NCBI GenBank assembly: GCA_963422665.1 | Contig: OY730441.1 | Coordinates: 3,100,318 to 3,164,317, forward strand | Length of the DNA: 64,000 nt | Source of the DNA: Alphaproteobacteria bacterium | GTDB lineage: Bacteria; Pseudomonadota; Alphaproteobacteria; Bin95 | Reading direction: 5' to 3' | Shown here: positions 47,693 to 56,234 of the stretch, in pieces | How the letters are laid out: every line of letters begins with the position of its first letter | Numbering within the stretch: the first letter of the stretch is position 1 | Program-made: the position numbers and the translations under genes | The notes under the pieces: model-generated | What the model saw: only the letters and a program-made list of their open reading frames with translations | What the model was told of the DNA's origin: nothing | The model's database searches: none

Positions 47693-47896
47693 CGGATATT
47701 CTGTAGCCAGGCCCCAATCGGGAATTATTTCCAAAATTCCGCGAATCCGTGCCGGGTGCCGCTGAATCGGACCTGTGCTGGTTGCCGCCGGCGTCCGGGG
47801 CGACGGAAGAGGACGGAGACCGGTCTGGCCGGGCCAGCGGGCCGCGTCCGTTGAGCCGGGGCGCCACGACTGCGGGACTCGCCGGACAGGCGCTCC

Positions 47897-48355
47897 CTAT
47901 CGGGAACGCCGGTATCGGCGCAGGCCGGGCCTCCTGGGGAAGCGTTGACGGATGCGCGCCTCGAGATCGCTGCGCACCGACCGGAAAGCGATTAGCCGCT
48001 GCTCGCGCGATCCCTCGTTCAATGTCGGGTCCGCGACATCCCAATATTCGACCGCCGTGGGCGAACCCGCGGCGTACGCTTCCGCCTCCGAATTTGCGCT
48101 TTTCGACAACGCGACGATGAGATCGAAGCGGCAATCCGAAAGCTCCTCGAACGTTCTCGCCCGATGGCCGCGAATATCGAGACCGATTTCGTCCATGACG
48201 ACAACCGCGAACGGGTTGACGGGGGCGGGCTCCACTCCTGCCGAATCGATAAAGACCCCGGAACCGAGCCAGCGTCCGGCGAGCGCCTCGGCCATGGGCG
48301 AGCGGACCGCGTTCCGGGTGCATGCGAAGAGCAGGCTGCGAGGCAGGCCGTTCAT
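47897..48355 (-). CDS. low-molecular-weight phosphotyrosine phosphatase / ArsC-family protein
   Basis: CX5R(S) P-loop (CTRNAVRS) near the N-terminus. Conserved position after the UPF0262 gene. Confidence 0.8.
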   Translation of the reverse strand: MNGLPRSLLFACTRNAVRSPMAEALAGRWLGSGVFIDSAGVEPAPVNPFAVVVMDEIGLDIRGHRARTFEELSDCRFDLIVALSKSANSEAEAYAAGSPTAVEYWDVADPTLNEGSREQRLIAFRSVRSDLEARIRQRFPRRPGLRRYRRSR

Positions 48356-48849
48356 TCGGGCCGGGCCCGGAAATGCAGAACGCAGAGCAGGGTGAACAGC
48401 CGCCGGGCCGTATCGTGGTCCAGATCGACGTGAGCGGCGAGCGCCTGTTGCAGCTTGTCCGCGCCTTCGTCATGCAGGGCGCGCCGGCCTATGTCGATGG
48501 CTTCGATCCGGGATGGCGACAGACGCTTGATCGCCTCGTAGTAGCTGTCGCACACGACGAGATAGTCCTTGACAATGCGCCGGAAGCCCCCGAGCGACAC
48601 CGTTATCTTGAGCGGAGGCGTGCGGTCGGGAGCGGCGATCCGCAGATTCAACCGCCGCTCGACGACAGCCAGATGCAGAGCATAAGGACCGGAGGGACCC
48701 TCCAGGAGGCGAAACCGGTTGTTTTCGACCAGATCGAAGATCGCTACGGCGCGCTCCTGCTCGATCTCCGGCGTGCGCCGCAGGACGAGCCGCTCGTCGA
48801 GGCTGACCGAAGCAATCTGGAATCGATTGTCCGCCCCGCTGTCAGCCAT
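48352..48849 (-). CDS. UPF0262 family protein
   Basis: 165 aa (IEQERAVAIFDLVENNRF ... DYLVVCDSYYEAIK). Typical alphaproteobacterial partner downstream of hisD. Confidence 0.8.
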   Translation of the reverse strand: MADSGADNRFQIASVSLDERLVLRRTPEIEQERAVAIFDLVENNRFRLLEGPSGPYALHLAVVERRLNLRIAAPDRTPPLKITVSLGGFRRIVKDYLVVCDSYYEAIKRLSPSRIEAIDIGRRALHDEGADKLQQALAAHVDLDHDTARRLFTLLCVLHFRARPE

Positions 48850-50125
48850 CGAGCCGGAGCGAAACCGACAGGCCGTGGGCGTCCAGCCCTTCGGCGGCCG
48901 CGAGCGCGGCCGCGGCCGGGCCTATGGCGGCCAGCGAGTCCGCACCGCAGCCGAGCAGGGTCGTGCGCTTCATGAAGTCCATGACGCCGAGCCCGGAGGC
49001 GAAGCGCGCCGTGCGCGATGTCGGCAGGACGTGGTTCGGCCCGCCAACATAGTCGCCGACAGCCTCGGGCGTGAGCGCGCCCAGAAAGATGGCGCCGGCA
49101 TGACACACTCGCGCAGCCAGCGCATCGGGGTCGGCGACCGCCAGTTGGAGGTGCTCCGGCGCCACGGCGTCAACCAGCGCCGGCGCCTCGTCGAGGTTCC
49201 GGACGACGATGCTGGCGCCGTGACGCTCCCAACTCGCTCGCGCGGTCGCAGCGCGCGGCAGGGTTTCCAGATAACGGCCGATTTCCGCTTCGACGGCATC
49301 GGCATAATCGTGCGACAGCGCAATGAGAATGCTTTGCGCGGCCTCGTCGTGTTCCGCCTGCGCCAGCAGGTCGGCTGCGATCCAGGATGCGGGGCAACAG
49401 CCATCCGCGACGATGAGCACCTCCGAAGGGCCGGCAATGGTGTCGATACCGACATGCCCGAATACCTGGCGCTTGGCGGTTGCGACCCACATATTTCCGG
49501 GGCCGACGATCTTGTCCACCGGCGGAATGCTCGCCGTCCCGAACGCCAGCGCGCCCACCGCCTGCGCGCCGCCGATCCGGTAAACCTCCTCTATGCCGGC
49601 GAGCCGGGCGGCCGCAAACACCAGAGGGTCGAATGCGCCCGCCGGCGTCGGCGCCGTCATGGCGAGCCGTTCGACGCCGGCAACCCGCGCCGGGATTGCA
49701 TTCATCAGCACCGAACTCGGATAGGCGGCGGCGCCACCGGGCACATACAGGCCAACCGCCTCGACAGGAGTCCAGCGCAAGCCCAAGCGTACTCCCAGCG
49801 CGTCGCGGTAGTCGAGGTCCGCCGGCATTTGCGCTCGATGGAACGCCTCGATCCGCGAGGCCGCCAGCTCCAGCGCGTCCCGCGCCGGGCCTGGCGTTTC
49901 CGCGAGCGCCCGATCCAGAGTCTCCGCCGGGATGCGCAGCGGGCCGGTCACCCCGTCGAAACGTTCGGTGTATTCGCTGACGGCCGTGTCGCCGCGGGCG
50001 CGGACATCGGAGAGGATGGAGGCAACGGCTGCAGCGACATCCTCCGCGCCGGCGCGCTCCGAGCGTATCAGCGCCTCGAAATCGCGGGCGAAGTCCGGGT
50101 CGACGGTGTCAAGCCGCCTGGGCAA
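48842..50125 (-). CDS. hisD: histidinol dehydrogenase
   Basis: Full-length HisD-like sequence. TTG at 50123-50125 behind GGGAGG is preferred over the track start, which would overlap hisG by 116 nt. Confidence 0.9.
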   Translation of the reverse strand: MPRRLDTVDPDFARDFEALIRSERAGAEDVAAAVASILSDVRARGDTAVSEYTERFDGVTGPLRIPAETLDRALAETPGPARDALELAASRIEAFHRAQMPADLDYRDALGVRLGLRWTPVEAVGLYVPGGAAAYPSSVLMNAIPARVAGVERLAMTAPTPAGAFDPLVFAAARLAGIEEVYRIGGAQAVGALAFGTASIPPVDKIVGPGNMWVATAKRQVFGHVGIDTIAGPSEVLIVADGCCPASWIAADLLAQAEHDEAAQSILIALSHDYADAVEAEIGRYLETLPRAATARASWERHGASIVVRNLDEAPALVDAVAPEHLQLAVADPDALAARVCHAGAIFLGALTPEAVGDYVGGPNHVLPTSRTARFASGLGVMDFMKRTTLLGCGADSLAAIGPAAAALAAAEGLDAHGLSVSLRLDG

Positions 50126-50771
50126 GGGACGCCTCCCGAAAGCGCTCGATCCAGCCTTGCAGTTCGGCCGTCCGGGTCTTGAGCGCAGTGCGGTTGACGA
50201 CCAGGCAGGAAGTGATGTCGGCAATATGCTCGACCTCGACCAGGCCGTTGGCCCTCAGGGTCGCGCCGGAGGAAACGAGGTCCACGATGCGCCGACAGAG
50301 CCCGAGCGATGGCGCCAGTTCCATCGCGCCGTTGAGCTTGATGCACTGCGCCTGCACGCCGCGCGCCGCGAAGTGGCGTTTGGTGATCTCGGGATATTTG
50401 GTCGCGATCCGGATCTGGCTCCAGCGCCGGGGGTCGTCATTCGCGACCATGGCCGCGGGTTCGGCGACCGCCAGGCGGCAGCGTCCGATGCCGAGGTCGA
50501 GCGGCGCATAGAGCTCGTCATAGCCGAACTCCATGATGACGTCCCGGCCCGCAACGCCGATCGCCGCCGCACCGAAGGCAACGAAGGTGGCGGCGTCGAA
50601 CGACCGAACCCGGACGATCGATACGTCAGGCAGGTTTGTCCGGAAATGCAGCCGGCGGTCGCGGGGGTCGTCGAATCCCGCTTCCGGCTCGATCCCGGCC
50701 GCGCGGACCAGGGGCATCGCTTCTGAAAGGATGCGCCCCTTCGGCAGGGCCAACACGAGCGGAGTCGTCAT
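50109..50771 (-). CDS. hisG: ATP phosphoribosyltransferase (short form)
   Basis: 220 aa ([17 protein letters not shown] ... [16 protein letters not shown]). Confidence 0.9.
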   Translation of the reverse strand: MTTPLVLALPKGRILSEAMPLVRAAGIEPEAGFDDPRDRRLHFRTNLPDVSIVRVRSFDAATFVAFGAAAIGVAGRDVIMEFGYDELYAPLDLGIGRCRLAVAEPAAMVANDDPRRWSQIRIATKYPEITKRHFAARGVQAQCIKLNGAMELAPSLGLCRRIVDLVSSGATLRANGLVEVEHIADITSCLVVNRTALKTRTAELQGWIERFREASLAQAA

Positions 50772-51109
50772 TTTCCGTCCCCGTCATGGTCGGGCCGCCA
50801 GATCGTGGGCCAGGGTTCGCCCAGGTCGTCAAGGATGCAATCGAGCGGCTCGCTTTCGATCCGCACGGTGGCGCCGCCGGCAAAGGCGAGATCGACAGCC
50901 GTGCCTTCGCTTGCCGCGAGGGTCAGCAGGTTGAGCGGCCGGTCCGGCCGGTCACGGTCCACATTCCTCGTGCGGACGGCCTGCGCATTCTGGAAGGACA
51001 GCATGGTGTGCGTGCGCTCGAACGGCGGCGCGATCGCGTCCTGCACACATGTCGCGATCGCCTGCAACTCCTCGACGGATGTGGCGCGCAGTTTGAGCCG
51101 CCCGCTCAT
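50768..51109 (-). CDS. DUF2948 family protein
   Basis: Track ORF trimmed to the ATG at 51107-51109 ([26 protein letters not shown]...). ATGA overlap with the murA stop. Confidence 0.72.
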   Translation of the reverse strand: MSGRLKLRATSVEELQAIATCVQDAIAPPFERTHTMLSFQNAQAVRTRNVDRDRPDRPLNLLTLAASEGTAVDLAFAGGATVRIESEPLDCILDDLGEPWPTIWRPDHDGDGK

Positions 51110-52452
51110 TGGACCGCCAGATCGCTTTCCAGCGACGGCACGACATCGATATCGGCGCCGATGCTCGCCAGCCGTCCGGGAATGTCCGCGTAGCCACGCT
51201 CGATGAAGCGGGCTCCGAAGACCTCGCTTTCCCCCTCGGCGATAAGGGCGGCGAGCAGATAGGCGAAGCCTGCCCGCAGGTCCGGCACCTCGATCCGCCG
51301 TCCGACAAGCGGCGTTGCGCCCTGCACGACGGCGCTGTGCGGAAAGTTCCGTTCGACGAACCGGCAGGGTTTGCCGCCGAGGCAAGCCATGGAGAGCGCG
51401 ATATTGGCGCCCATGTCGTTCAGGGTCCGGGTATAGCCGAAGCGGTTTTCATAGACCGTCTCGTGCAGGACGGAGACGCCTTCGGCCTGGGTCAGCAGCG
51501 TCGCCATGGGCTGCTGCCAGTCGGTCATGAAGCCCGGATGGACGTCCGTCTCGATATGGATCGGCCGCAAGGCGTCGCGGGCGCGGAAGAAGGTGATGGC
51601 GTCGTCCACGATCTCGAAACCGCCGCCGACCTTCCGCAGCACGTTGAGGAAGGTGACCATGGTCCGCTGGTCCGCCCCGGTAATGCGGATGCGCCCGCCG
51701 GTCGCAACCGCCGCCATGGCGAACGAAGCAACCTCGATACGGTCCGCCATCGGCCGGTGGGTCGCCCCGGAAAGCCGCTCCACCCCCTCGATAACGATTT
51801 TCCGGTCGGTTTCGATCTGGATCAGTGCGCCCATCTTCTGGAGAAAGAGGACCGTATCGACGATCTCCGGTTCGATGGCGGCGTTGTGGATCACGGTCGT
51901 GCCGTCCGCGAGGCAGGCGGCCTGGATGGCGTTCTCCGTGGCGCCGACGCTGGGGTAGGGCAGTTGGACGACGGCGCCCTGGAGCCGGTCCGCCCTGGCG
52001 GTATAGCCGTCCCTGTCGGCGTCGATGCGGGCGCCCATCTGCTCCAGCAGCCCGATGTGGAAGTCGATGGGCCGCTCGCCGATATGGTCCCCGCCCACCA
52101 CCGGGACGCGCGCCACGCCCGCCCGGTGCAGCAGAGGGGCGATCAGCAGCACGGGCAGGCGGTTGACGCCGGAATAGCGCTGGCCGACGGCGGTGGAGGC
52201 GATGTCCGCGGTCTGGATATCGACGGCGCCGGATTCGTCGCGGGACACGGTCGCGCCGATCTCGGTCAACATGCCGAGCGCGAGGTCGATCTCGGAAATG
52301 TCGGGCACATCCAGCAAACGGCTCGGCTCGGCAGTCAGCAGGGAAGCGACCAGCTGCTTGCTGACGGCGTTTTTCGCCGTCCGGGCGCGGATTGCGCCGT
52401 TCAGCGGCCTGCCGCCGCGAATACGGTAGGCTCTGGCGCCGGTTTCGAGCAC
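51106..52452 (-). CDS. murA: UDP-N-acetylglucosamine 1-carboxyvinyltransferase (Asp at the fosfomycin-target position)
   Basis: EPT-fold sequence (PSVGATENAIQAA, VYENRF, DLRAGFAYLLAALIAEG). GTG at 52450-52452 behind GAGGG is preferred, and the track's TTG at 52551 is possible. The active-site loop reads GGDHIGERP. Confidence 0.85.
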   Translation of the reverse strand: MLETGARAYRIRGGRPLNGAIRARTAKNAVSKQLVASLLTAEPSRLLDVPDISEIDLALGMLTEIGATVSRDESGAVDIQTADIASTAVGQRYSGVNRLPVLLIAPLLHRAGVARVPVVGGDHIGERPIDFHIGLLEQMGARIDADRDGYTARADRLQGAVVQLPYPSVGATENAIQAACLADGTTVIHNAAIEPEIVDTVLFLQKMGALIQIETDRKIVIEGVERLSGATHRPMADRIEVASFAMAAVATGGRIRITGADQRTMVTFLNVLRKVGGGFEIVDDAITFFRARDALRPIHIETDVHPGFMTDWQQPMATLLTQAEGVSVLHETVYENRFGYTRTLNDMGANIALSMACLGGKPCRFVERNFPHSAVVQGATPLVGRRIEVPDLRAGFAYLLAALIAEGESEVFGARFIERGYADIPGRLASIGADIDVVPSLESDLAVQ

Positions 52453-52531
52453 GAGTCGAGCCCTCGTTGTGGACCGCGCGCCGCGGGACCGATTTTCGTC
52501 CGCCGCAGCGTTTTGCGGCCCGCTTGTAGCT

Positions 52532-52687
52532 TCAGCAGTCCCGTTCGGCAACGCTGTCGGGCGTTTCGGTGCTCTCGCCGCTCTCGCCGCGTTGCCGCGC
52601 TTTGCGGCGGCGCAGGTTCCGCCTGAGCGCTTCCGCGAGGCGCCGTTGCTTCTCTTCCTTCGTCTCCCGGTATTCGGAGGCTGCCAT
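52532..52687 (-). CDS. small basic hypothetical protein
   Basis: 51 codons (MAASEYRETKEEKQRRLAEALRRNLRRRKARQRGE...), ATG behind GGGAGGG. Lies between tRNA-Thr and murA. Third-position GC is moderately high. Confidence 0.4.
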   Translation of the reverse strand: MAASEYRETKEEKQRRLAEALRRNLRRRKARQRGESGESTETPDSVAERDC

Positions 52688-52735
52688 GTCCGCTTGCCCT
52701 CCCGGCGTCCCCTGTGGCATAGACGCGCCCGGCGG

Positions 52736-52810
52736 GCCGCCGTAGCTCAGGGGTAGAGCACACCCTTGGTAAGGGTGGGGTCGAGTGTTCAATTCACTCC
52801 GGCGGCACCA
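52736..52810 (+). tRNA. tRNA-Thr (anticodon GGT)
   Basis: Hand-folded cloverleaf. Acceptor GCCGCCG/CGGCGGC, D stem GCTC/GAGC, anticodon stem CACCC/GGGTG with loop TTGGTAA, T stem GAGTG/CACTC with loop TTCAATT, discriminator A, encoded CCA. Confidence 0.93.
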
Positions 52811-53532
52811 TCGCCCGGCGCATGGCAAGCATGGTTTCGCGCGCCGCGGACAGCGCCTCCCCGACCGGAAGGTCGAGGGAATGCAGGAACACCCGCTCGG
52901 TCGCGCGCACGCCTCCCGGTCGAAAGCCGCGAGGGCTTCCGCCATTGCAAGCGCCTCGTCGAGAACCTGCTCGTCCGGCACGATCCGGTTGATCATCCCG
53001 AGTTCCAGGGGCCGGTTGGCCGAGACATTCTCGGCGAGTGTCAACAGCTCGAACGCCGCTTTCGGCCCGACCCGGTGCGCGAGCCCCGGCGCCACCATGG
53101 TCGCGGCCAGCCCGCGCCTGACTTCGGGATAGCCGAAACCGGCGCTCGCGCCCGCAACCGCGAGATCGCAGGCGATGGCGAGGTTGCATCCGCCGCCGAG
53201 CGCATAGCCGCGCACCGCCGCGATCGGGGGCTTGTCGGTCAGCCGCCCGAGTTCGTAGATCGCCGCTCCCGCCTCCGCCCGGTCGCGTGCGGCGCGCAGA
53301 CCTTCGCCGGCATGGTCCGCAGCCTCCTTCATGTCAGCCCCGGCCGAGAATGCGCGCTCATTGCCCTGCAGCAGGATGCAGGCGACCGCGTCGTTTCGGT
53401 GGGCGCGCGCACCGCGCCGCAGATGGCCTCCACCAGCGCCCCGTTGAGCGCATTCGGCCTGCGCGGTCGGTCGAGGGTCGGGATGCGGATGCTGTCGCGG
53501 TCTTCCCGGAGGGGGATATCGGTTTCCGGCAT
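52794..53532 (-). pseudogene. enoyl-CoA hydratase pseudogene (two 1-nt frameshifts)
   Basis: Crotonase sequence is spread over three frames: MPETDIPLREDRDSIRIPTLDRPRRPNALNGALVEAICGAV / NDAVACILLQGNERAFSAGADMKEA...ALAAFDREA / VRATERVFLHSLDLPVGEALSAARETMLAMRR. Shifts lie near 53403-53411 and 52902-52910. The 3' end overlaps the tRNA 3' end. Confidence 0.65.
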
Positions 53533-53601
53533 GGCCGAGGCGTCCTTGGAGCGGGCGGCGCAGTGTATGGTGGATTGTGAGGAACGGAAGAGGGGAAGAC
53601 C

Positions 53602-54228
53602 ATGAGCGATCTCAATCAATGGCTCGAGCGGGTTTACGACGCCGGCTCCACGGCAGAGAACCGGCGCCTCTACGATGACTGGGCGGACAGCTACGACGCC
53701 GATATGTCGTCGGGCGGCTATGCCTATGCGCCGATGGCGGCAGGCCTGTTCGGCCGTCATGTCGAGCCGGGCGAAACGCCGGTTCTGGATGCGGGCTGCG
53801 GCAGCGGCCTCATCGGTGCGACGCTTGCGCGGCTCGGATACGCCAACCTGACCGGCATCGACCTGTCGGACGGCATGTTGCGGGCAGCCGAGCGCAAGGG
53901 AGTCTATCGGGACCTGCGCCGGAGGGTTCTGGGCGAGCCGCTCGATTTCGACGACGGCGCGTTCCGGGCGGTCGTCTGCACGGGCGTCTTCACCCCCGGC
54001 CATGCGCCGCCCGAATCGCTCGACGAACTCGTGCGCGCAACGGTGGAAGGCGGCGTGCTGATCTTCTGCTGCACGGACGCCGCGCTCTCGGACGGCGGCT
54101 TTCAGGCCAGGATCGATGCCCTCGCCGAGGCCGGCCTTTGGACGCGGATCGACACGGCGGGGCCGGTGACGGCGCTGCCCCGGGCCGCCATCCGCCACGA
54201 CGCGATGTTTTTCGTCTATCGGCGCTGA
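53602..54228 (+). CDS. class I SAM-dependent methyltransferase
   Basis: SAM motif I (VLDAGCGSGLIG). 208 aa. Confidence 0.8.
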   Translation: MSDLNQWLERVYDAGSTAENRRLYDDWADSYDADMSSGGYAYAPMAAGLFGRHVEPGETPVLDAGCGSGLIGATLARLGYANLTGIDLSDGMLRAAERKGVYRDLRRRVLGEPLDFDDGAFRAVVCTGVFTPGHAPPESLDELVRATVEGGVLIFCCTDAALSDGGFQARIDALAEAGLWTRIDTAGPVTALPRAAIRHDAMFFVYRR

Positions 54229-54374
54229 AGCGGGGCCTCCCCGTCGCCGTTCGGGGCTGCCGGCTCCAGTTCCTTCAACTGTTTGGCGGCCTGGACCCGC
54301 CGGTAGACCAGCCAGATCTTGAGGCCGGCGACCAGCGCGAGCGCGCCGAAAACGACCAGCGCCTCGACGATCAT
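54216..54374 (-). CDS. small single-TM protein translationally coupled to ccr
   Basis: 52 codons ([52 protein letters not shown]). ATG overlaps the ccr TGA (ATGA at 54371-54374). 46 of 52 codons end in G/C by hand count. Confidence 0.45.
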   Translation of the reverse strand: MIVEALVVFGALALVAGLKIWLVYRRVQAAKQLKELEPAAPNGDGEAPLQRR

Positions 54375-55606
54375 GAAGCGCCTTGGCCGCGTTCGGTGGC
54401 GTTGACCAGCACGGCCATCTGTCCGGCCGGATGGCGGTTCTCGTGCATCAGTTGGTGGGCGTGGCCGAGCTCGTCGAAGTCGAACACCTCCGACAGGCAG
54501 GGGTCGATCTTGCCGTCGATGACCATCCGGTTCACCGCCGCCGCCTGTTCGTCGTTCGACAGGTGGCTGCCCTGGAAACGCTTCTGCCGCATCCAGTGGT
54601 AGCGGAGGTCCAGCGTCACATTGTAGCCGGTGGTGCCGGCGCAGATGACGATCATGCCGCCGGTGTCGCAGACGAACTCCGAAGTCGGCAGGGTCGCTTC
54701 GCCCGGATGCTCGAAGACGATCTTCGGGCTCGCGCGCTCGCCGAGCGCCTCCCAGATCGCCGCACCGAAGGCGCGGGCTCCCTTCGCCCATGCGCCGTAG
54801 GCTGCGCTGTCGTTCGTGTCCGGCATCGGCCCCCAATGGTCGAAGGCCTTGCGGTTGATGACGCCGACCGCGCCCATTTTCATGCACCAGTCGCGCTTGG
54901 CGTCGTCCGAAATGACGCCGACCGGCCGGCCGCCGAGCGCGGCCGTGATCTGCAGCGCCATGGCGCCGAGTCCGCCCGACGCGCCCCATACCAGCACCGG
55001 ATCGCCCGGCTCGACCGTATGCGGCGGCCAGCCCATCAGCATCCGGTAGGCCGTCGAGGCGCAGAGCAGGTAGCAACCGGACTGCTCCCAGGTGAGGTGT
55101 TTCGGGCGCGGCTGGCACTGGTGCGCCTGCGCCTTCGCAAACTGGCAATAGGAGCCGTAATTGGTCTGGTAGCCCCAGATCCGGGTGGAGGAAGCCAGCA
55201 TCGGGTCCTTGCCCGCCAGGACCCACGGGTCGTCCGGCTCCCACCAGCCGGAGTGGATCACGACCTCGTCGCCGACCTGCACGTTCGTGACGTCCGACCC
55301 GACGGCCTGGACGATGCCGGAGCAGTCGCTGCCGCCGGCATGGAAGTCCTCCGGCTCGCCCTTGCGCATCCGCTCCTGGATCACGTCCAGCGGATAGCCG
55401 AGCGCCGCCCAGACATTGTTGTAGTTGATCCCTGTCGCCATGACATAGACGAGCACCTCGTCCGGCTTCAGCGCCGGAACCGGAATGACCTCCCGCTGCC
55501 AGGCGTCCTTCGGTTCCCCGAAACGGTCCTGGCGCACCATGAAGGCGTGCATCTTCTCGGGCGCTTCGCCGAGCGGCGGCTGTTCGCCCAAAGCGCAGAG
55601 TTCCAT
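54371..55606 (-). CDS. ccr: crotonyl-CoA carboxylase/reductase
   Basis: MDR-fold Ccr-like sequence ([53 protein letters not shown]). ATG at 55604-55606 behind GGAGGAG is preferred, and TTG at 55639 is possible. Confidence 0.9.
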   Translation of the reverse strand: MELCALGEQPPLGEAPEKMHAFMVRQDRFGEPKDAWQREVIPVPALKPDEVLVYVMATGINYNNVWAALGYPLDVIQERMRKGEPEDFHAGGSDCSGIVQAVGSDVTNVQVGDEVVIHSGWWEPDDPWVLAGKDPMLASSTRIWGYQTNYGSYCQFAKAQAHQCQPRPKHLTWEQSGCYLLCASTAYRMLMGWPPHTVEPGDPVLVWGASGGLGAMALQITAALGGRPVGVISDDAKRDWCMKMGAVGVINRKAFDHWGPMPDTNDSAAYGAWAKGARAFGAAIWEALGERASPKIVFEHPGEATLPTSEFVCDTGGMIVICAGTTGYNVTLDLRYHWMRQKRFQGSHLSNDEQAAAVNRMVIDGKIDPCLSEVFDFDELGHAHQLMHENRHPAGQMAVLVNATERGQGAS

Positions 55607-55716
55607 CGGGCCGGCTCCTCCATCGTTTCGCGTCAGCAACGATACGCTCTAGGCGGTTGCCGTCCGGAATTCAATTCCCGGTCCGCTCCGGCGCCGCCGG
55701 AAGGATACTCGGGAAA

Positions 55717-55736
55717 TGTCATGAAATGTCATGTTC
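55717..55736 (+). repeat. iteron copy TGTCATGAAATGTCATGTTC (two TGTCATG units)
   Basis: Exact 20-mer match to 47131-47150. Lies at the end of a leader paralogous to the one at 47458-47690, about 110 nt upstream of ccr. Confidence 0.7.
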
Positions 55737-55907
55737 CGGCGTCTCCCTGGTTTCGTTGCCGCCCGGCTCGGGGGCGACCCCGTTTCGCCCGTATCGCGGG
55801 CGTGTGCGGGCTTGCGCGCGGGGCGGCGGACGCAGCTCTCCCGCGAGTTTCGGACGGAGTGCTCGGAAGCGAGAGACGCGGCCCAGGAGGCCGCTGCTCC
55901 CAGGATC

Positions 55908-55935
55908 ATTCTAGCACACTTTCTCCCCGGTCAAG
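55908..55935 (-). promoter_or_regulatory. candidate promoter CTTGAC-16-TAGAAT with extended -10 (TGc)
   Basis: Minus strand reads gcTTGACCggggagaaagtgTGcTAGAATg. It points toward ccr, about 300 nt upstream of the ccr ATG. Confidence 0.4.
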
Positions 55936-56054
55936 CCCCAAACGAAACAAAAAGTGAATATTCCGGCTCCCCGTTTCGTCGGATGAGGGTGCGCAAGGCG
56001 GAGCGGCCGGATACGGATATGTGAATCCGATGGGCGCCGCGGGAGGGACATTCG

Positions 56055-56077
56055 TGTCATGTCATGAAATGTCCATG
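56055..56077 (+). repeat. third, degenerate iteron copy (TGTCATGTCATGAAATGTCcATG)
   Basis: Same orientation as the other two copies. Lies about 160 nt upstream of the prpE ATG. Confidence 0.55.
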
Positions 56078-56234
56078 CGGTGTCTTGAGACCGGTTGCCG
56101 GCAGCTACCGGAGGTCCTCGCGCCGCCTCCCGGAAGCGCCTTATTAAGCTTTTCCCTATGTCAAGCTGCTCCCGCTTCCGCCCGTGCCGCCGAGGTGCTA
56201 TCCATCCGGCCCCAGCGGAAAGGGAGGGATCGTC

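Noticed and set aside
52736-54300. tRNA-Thr-linked genomic island
   Set aside because: No integrase, no direct repeat of the tRNA 3' end noticed downstream, and the flanking genes are ordinary metabolic genes. Only the decayed hydratase is unusual.
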